From positions 137,433 through 201,432 of the forward strand of contig NW_019218148.1 in the NCBI RefSeq assembly GCF_002571385.2: a stretch of DNA of 64,000 nucleotides, given 5' to 3'. Position numbers and translations under genes: made by a program. This DNA comes from Stylophora pistillata (Eukaryota). The notes beneath the pieces were generated by a model. It did not search any database and was not told the DNA's origin. It was given only the letters and a program-made list of their open reading frames with translations. How positions within the stretch are numbered: position 1 is the first letter of the stretch; each line of letters begins with the position of its first letter. Of the stretch, positions 60,801 to 64,000 are shown piece by piece.

Positions 60801-62500
60801 GATACAAGAGTTGATGCTAAACATTCTGTGAGGTATGATTTAAAATTTATAACTTACAATAGTAATGTAACCTTGGGTTTTTAGTTTATTCTGTAGACTA
60901 AGAATGATATCATGAAGAATTATTAAATATTATATGATGGTTTTACAGGAAAATCTTCGGACCTCATATTTGTGGTGATGCACTAGACATTCAGTCACTT
61001 AGCGTGTCAAGTACCAGTCGGCAAATTCTTACTGGGTCATGGAGAAAAGACAAAACTCTTCAAATCTGGGATCATGGCTCTGGGAAACTGATAAAAGATG
61101 TACCATCTGATTACAATGGAAGTATGGTATGTTAACAGATTTGTAACATGCTGTTAAAGTTATAACCTTATACACCATCCAAACTCCACCAAGATTCCTT
61201 TGGTCCTTTGGATATTTGCAAAAGATGATTTAAACCCATACTTTTGTTTGAATTTCAGCACAATATGGTTTTTCTGAGCAACATATGATCTCTCTCCACT
61301 TAAGAAACCACATGTTAACCATCACTGCATGGAAAAAAAAAAACAAAAAAAAAAAAACATTTTATTGAACAGTTTGCCTGTAACTGAACTCAGGCACTCA
61401 GTTGGAGTCTCTGAGGAAGGGTTTTGTTTGTTTATAGCTCTATTGTGTCCAGTGGCAAGGTCCTGACAGTATCATAGCAGGAGGGAGTGACAATAATATG
61501 ATGAGATGTGTGGATCAGGGAACTTATCATGTAAGACATAGATATGCTCTATATATAGGTATCAACGCATGCTTTTCATTCCACTAATTTATCCTGGTTT
61601 TTCTCGTTGCCATGTTCCCACCAAACACGTAGCTCCTTTTTCTGCCTTTAAAAGCACACACAACCCACAATTCCCCTATTCGCTCCCCGACGTAACGTAT
61701 AATCGTAACGGTGGCCAATTTACCATTTCAACTTTGTTGATATATTCAAATTATTTCGTTACCCCCACCGACGCAGCCCCAAACAGTTTCTTTAGAAACT
61801 ATCAGCCTTTATTCATCTATATACTGTACATTGATTACACAGCTACAGGCATGTACTGTACTGGTTATTTTAGGTAATTTTTGTGGCCTTTTAATAATTC
61901 ACTAGTATTTACAAATAGATAACTCACCATACTGGCCTTGATTATCTTAGTCCTGTGTTCACATATTTAGAATTTTACTTGTCGATGTAAATAATTATTT
62001 GTCCTTTATGTAAATGTACACCTGTATTCATGTGATTGTAAAGGGGAACTACATGATAATTTGATACTTTGTGAGTGGGGTGAGGAAAAGTTTGGCAATG
62101 GGGTTTTGACCATAAAATAAGGTGTTGTCACGGGCATCCTTCCTCATTTCTTATGGTAACCAAATCTTGAAAGCTATGCATCACTGTCGAACATGAAAGC
62201 CAATTGCCACCAGAAATGGAGCCAGTTTCATGTGACAATACTATTTTAGTATCTAAATGTGGTTGCTAAACTTCTGTGACACCACACCAAACTGAAAATC
62301 ATATTATTACTATGAAGATAGTATTGTCAATTGTAGTCAACAGTACTGAGACTCTTCTGTTGTTTGCTGATCTTCAGACTACTGGGCGGCTTGTAGATCT
62401 TCCACGTTCAGTTTACACTGTGGATTTTGAGAGACATTCCCATCATCCAATCATTGCTGCTGGAACTTCCAACTTTGTTTATCTTGCTAAGAGGACATAA
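54822..62500 (+). CDS. Uncharacterised WD40-repeat protein, 357 aa, nine exons
   Basis: Exons 54822-54937, 55071-55155, 55327-55465, 58447-58639, 60142-60250, 60795-60832, 60949-61126, 61438-61530, 62378-62500 (1074 nt, in frame). WD repeats, e.g. DGHMSRVFSV...FLSGGWDDTVQFWD and FGPHICGDALDI...ILTGSWRKDKTLQIWD. Confidence 0.88.
56190..58050 (+). mobile_element. 5'-truncated, decayed CR1/L2-group LINE (RT) in WD40 intron 3
   Basis: KSPGAD, ITPLFKKG, ISLTSIVCK, FLDFSNAFDSIPH, SGVPQGTILGP. Catalytic YADD changed to YPED, with stops downstream. AATAAA-GTATGTATG tail. Confidence 0.92.
58062..58356. repeat. MITE-like repeat with internal inverted repeat
   Basis: GACCGTACTGGAAGAATATTGGTCC versus GGCCAATATTCTCCCAGTACGGCC. 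Confidence 0.55.
58732..59019 (-). mobile_element. tRNA-derived SINE (second family)
   Basis: Minus strand: GGAGGCGCGGTGGCCTCATGGTTGG (box A), GGGTTCGAGCCCCGG (box B), then the central domain TCTTAGGCAAGACACTTTACTCTCACAGTGCC. Confidence 0.85.
59035..59966. other. Assembly gap (N run)
   Basis: 932 N. Confidence 1.
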
Positions 62501-64000
62501 GTTGGTTCATCATTTCTAGTTAATTCTAAAAGCTCTCTGAGATATACAGGGAAATTTGTCCCATACGATCAGATATGAATGTGCTTGCATTCCCTCTAGT
62601 GTATTACTCCCTTACATAGGCGACAGGGGTACCGTCATAATTGTTACCCAACCCTGTCTTCCCAGTTTCTAAGAAACTTGCAATAGATTTTAGCTATTGA
62701 TTTTTGGTCTGAAATATGGAAAGGGTTTGATACATTCTTTTTGTAGCACGAGTTTACAATAAGAAATGTTGTTTTCTTATAATTATATTAGTACAAATCT
62801 GAATTGGTCCTTACAGACAATCTCCATTAGCAGAGAGTCTAAATGGGGAGATGACTTTAGCAGCTAACAGTTAAAAATTTTGGCTAGTTTATAGCTAACG
62901 GTTAATATCCTTCCATTGTTGTCACCAGAATTGTTTTTACGGTTGACTTTTTTTTTTTACCACTAATGGTTAAAATATGTCACTTCTTAAGCCTAACAGC
63001 TAAATATTTCTTCATTTTTATGGCTAATGTTTAACCCCATTGAGATCCTCCTGCACTTTTGTGAAAAGGCAAGTTGTGAACTTCTACCGTGAAGTTGTTG
63101 AATGTAAATAGTGCAGACTTTTTGTTTAATCATAAATATTAGCATTATTTATAGCAGATTATATATTTTTGATTGACCTTACATATTAGCCAGTTATCAA
63201 TAATTCCACCCAATTTGATTGAAAAAAAAAAACATTGTACATGAAAATAAATGCTTGAATTAGTAAAGGAAGTATTTTTCTTTCCATGGAAGGAGATTAT
63301 TCAGAAGAACTAATTTTAACATTGGTTGACATGTACTTTTTGTAATACTTGTTCAATAACAAAGATTTTATCACAGAATGTGAGTTTTGTGAAACTAAAG
63401 CCTCCCATTCAAACAGCTTACAGCTGAACTGGGCCAGGTGAGTTAAATACTTTCCAGAATACATTAATAAATACATGTACCGTACATGCATAGAGGTGTG
63501 TACATATTATGGATACATTTTGTTTAGTACATGTTAATAATGATAGAAGAAAACAAAAAGGCAGGATTCAAATGTTTCCTCCCTTACAAAATATTAAACC
63601 AAAGCTTTAAGAAGTCAAAAACTTTAAATCATTGATTTTTCACTTAGCAATGAAAGTAAACTTTTACTATAGCCTTAGTTTAGTGGAAAATATGCTCAGG
63701 TATTTGCCTGTTATAGAAACAGAGCTGTTCTTTTTTTTTTTTTTGTTCGATATGATTACCTCTTGACTCATTATATAGCTTGTTCTGTTTCATGACACAA
63801 ACAGCCTCTCAATTGAACAATCAAATGAGCCAATAGCAGTTGTCTCATTAACAAAACAAAGTCTTTATTTTCTCTGAACTCAACTACATTGTAGACAAGC
63901 TGACACAAAGTAATCTGTGATCATGGAACACAAAATAAAGGACAAACTAATTAATTCAACAGTAATGCCCAAATTAAACTTATTTCCTGGCATGACAATG

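Overview
AT-rich eukaryotic genomic DNA with GT-AG introns and two N gaps (48941-49152, 59035-59966). Gene and repeat content point to a cnidarian, probably a stony coral (inference). Exons were assembled by hand from splice sites. Genes in order: the 5' part of an SGSM1/2-type RUN-domain gene (minus, continues past the left edge); two tandem carbohydrate sulfotransferases (minus); GNB1L (minus) head-to-head with DGCR8/Pasha (plus), 376 bp between their ATGs; a two-exon rhodopsin-class GPCR (minus); two paralogous melatonin-receptor-like GPCRs (plus); a nine-exon uncharacterised WD40 gene (plus). Introns and spacers hold many mobile elements: an IS3EU-like transposon carrying a Penelope fragment, a SWIM-encoding ISL2EU/Harbinger-like relic, hAT5-like and TTAA MITEs, tRNA-derived SINEs, LINE and Gypsy fragments, and a 44-bp satellite. 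Best leads: (1) linkage of GNB1L, DGCR8 and SGSM, whose human relatives lie in 22q11; (2) a ~103-bp hairpin in a DGCR8 intron that holds an intact minimal hammerhead core on the antisense strand, plus a pri-miRNA-shaped hairpin just 3' of DGCR8; (3) a candidate alternative acidic last exon of SGSM ending in HDEL; (4) SINE 3'-tail swapping; (5) a 54-bp duplication in a GPCR intracellular loop 3. No searches or folding computations were run. Homology calls come from recalled family motifs.
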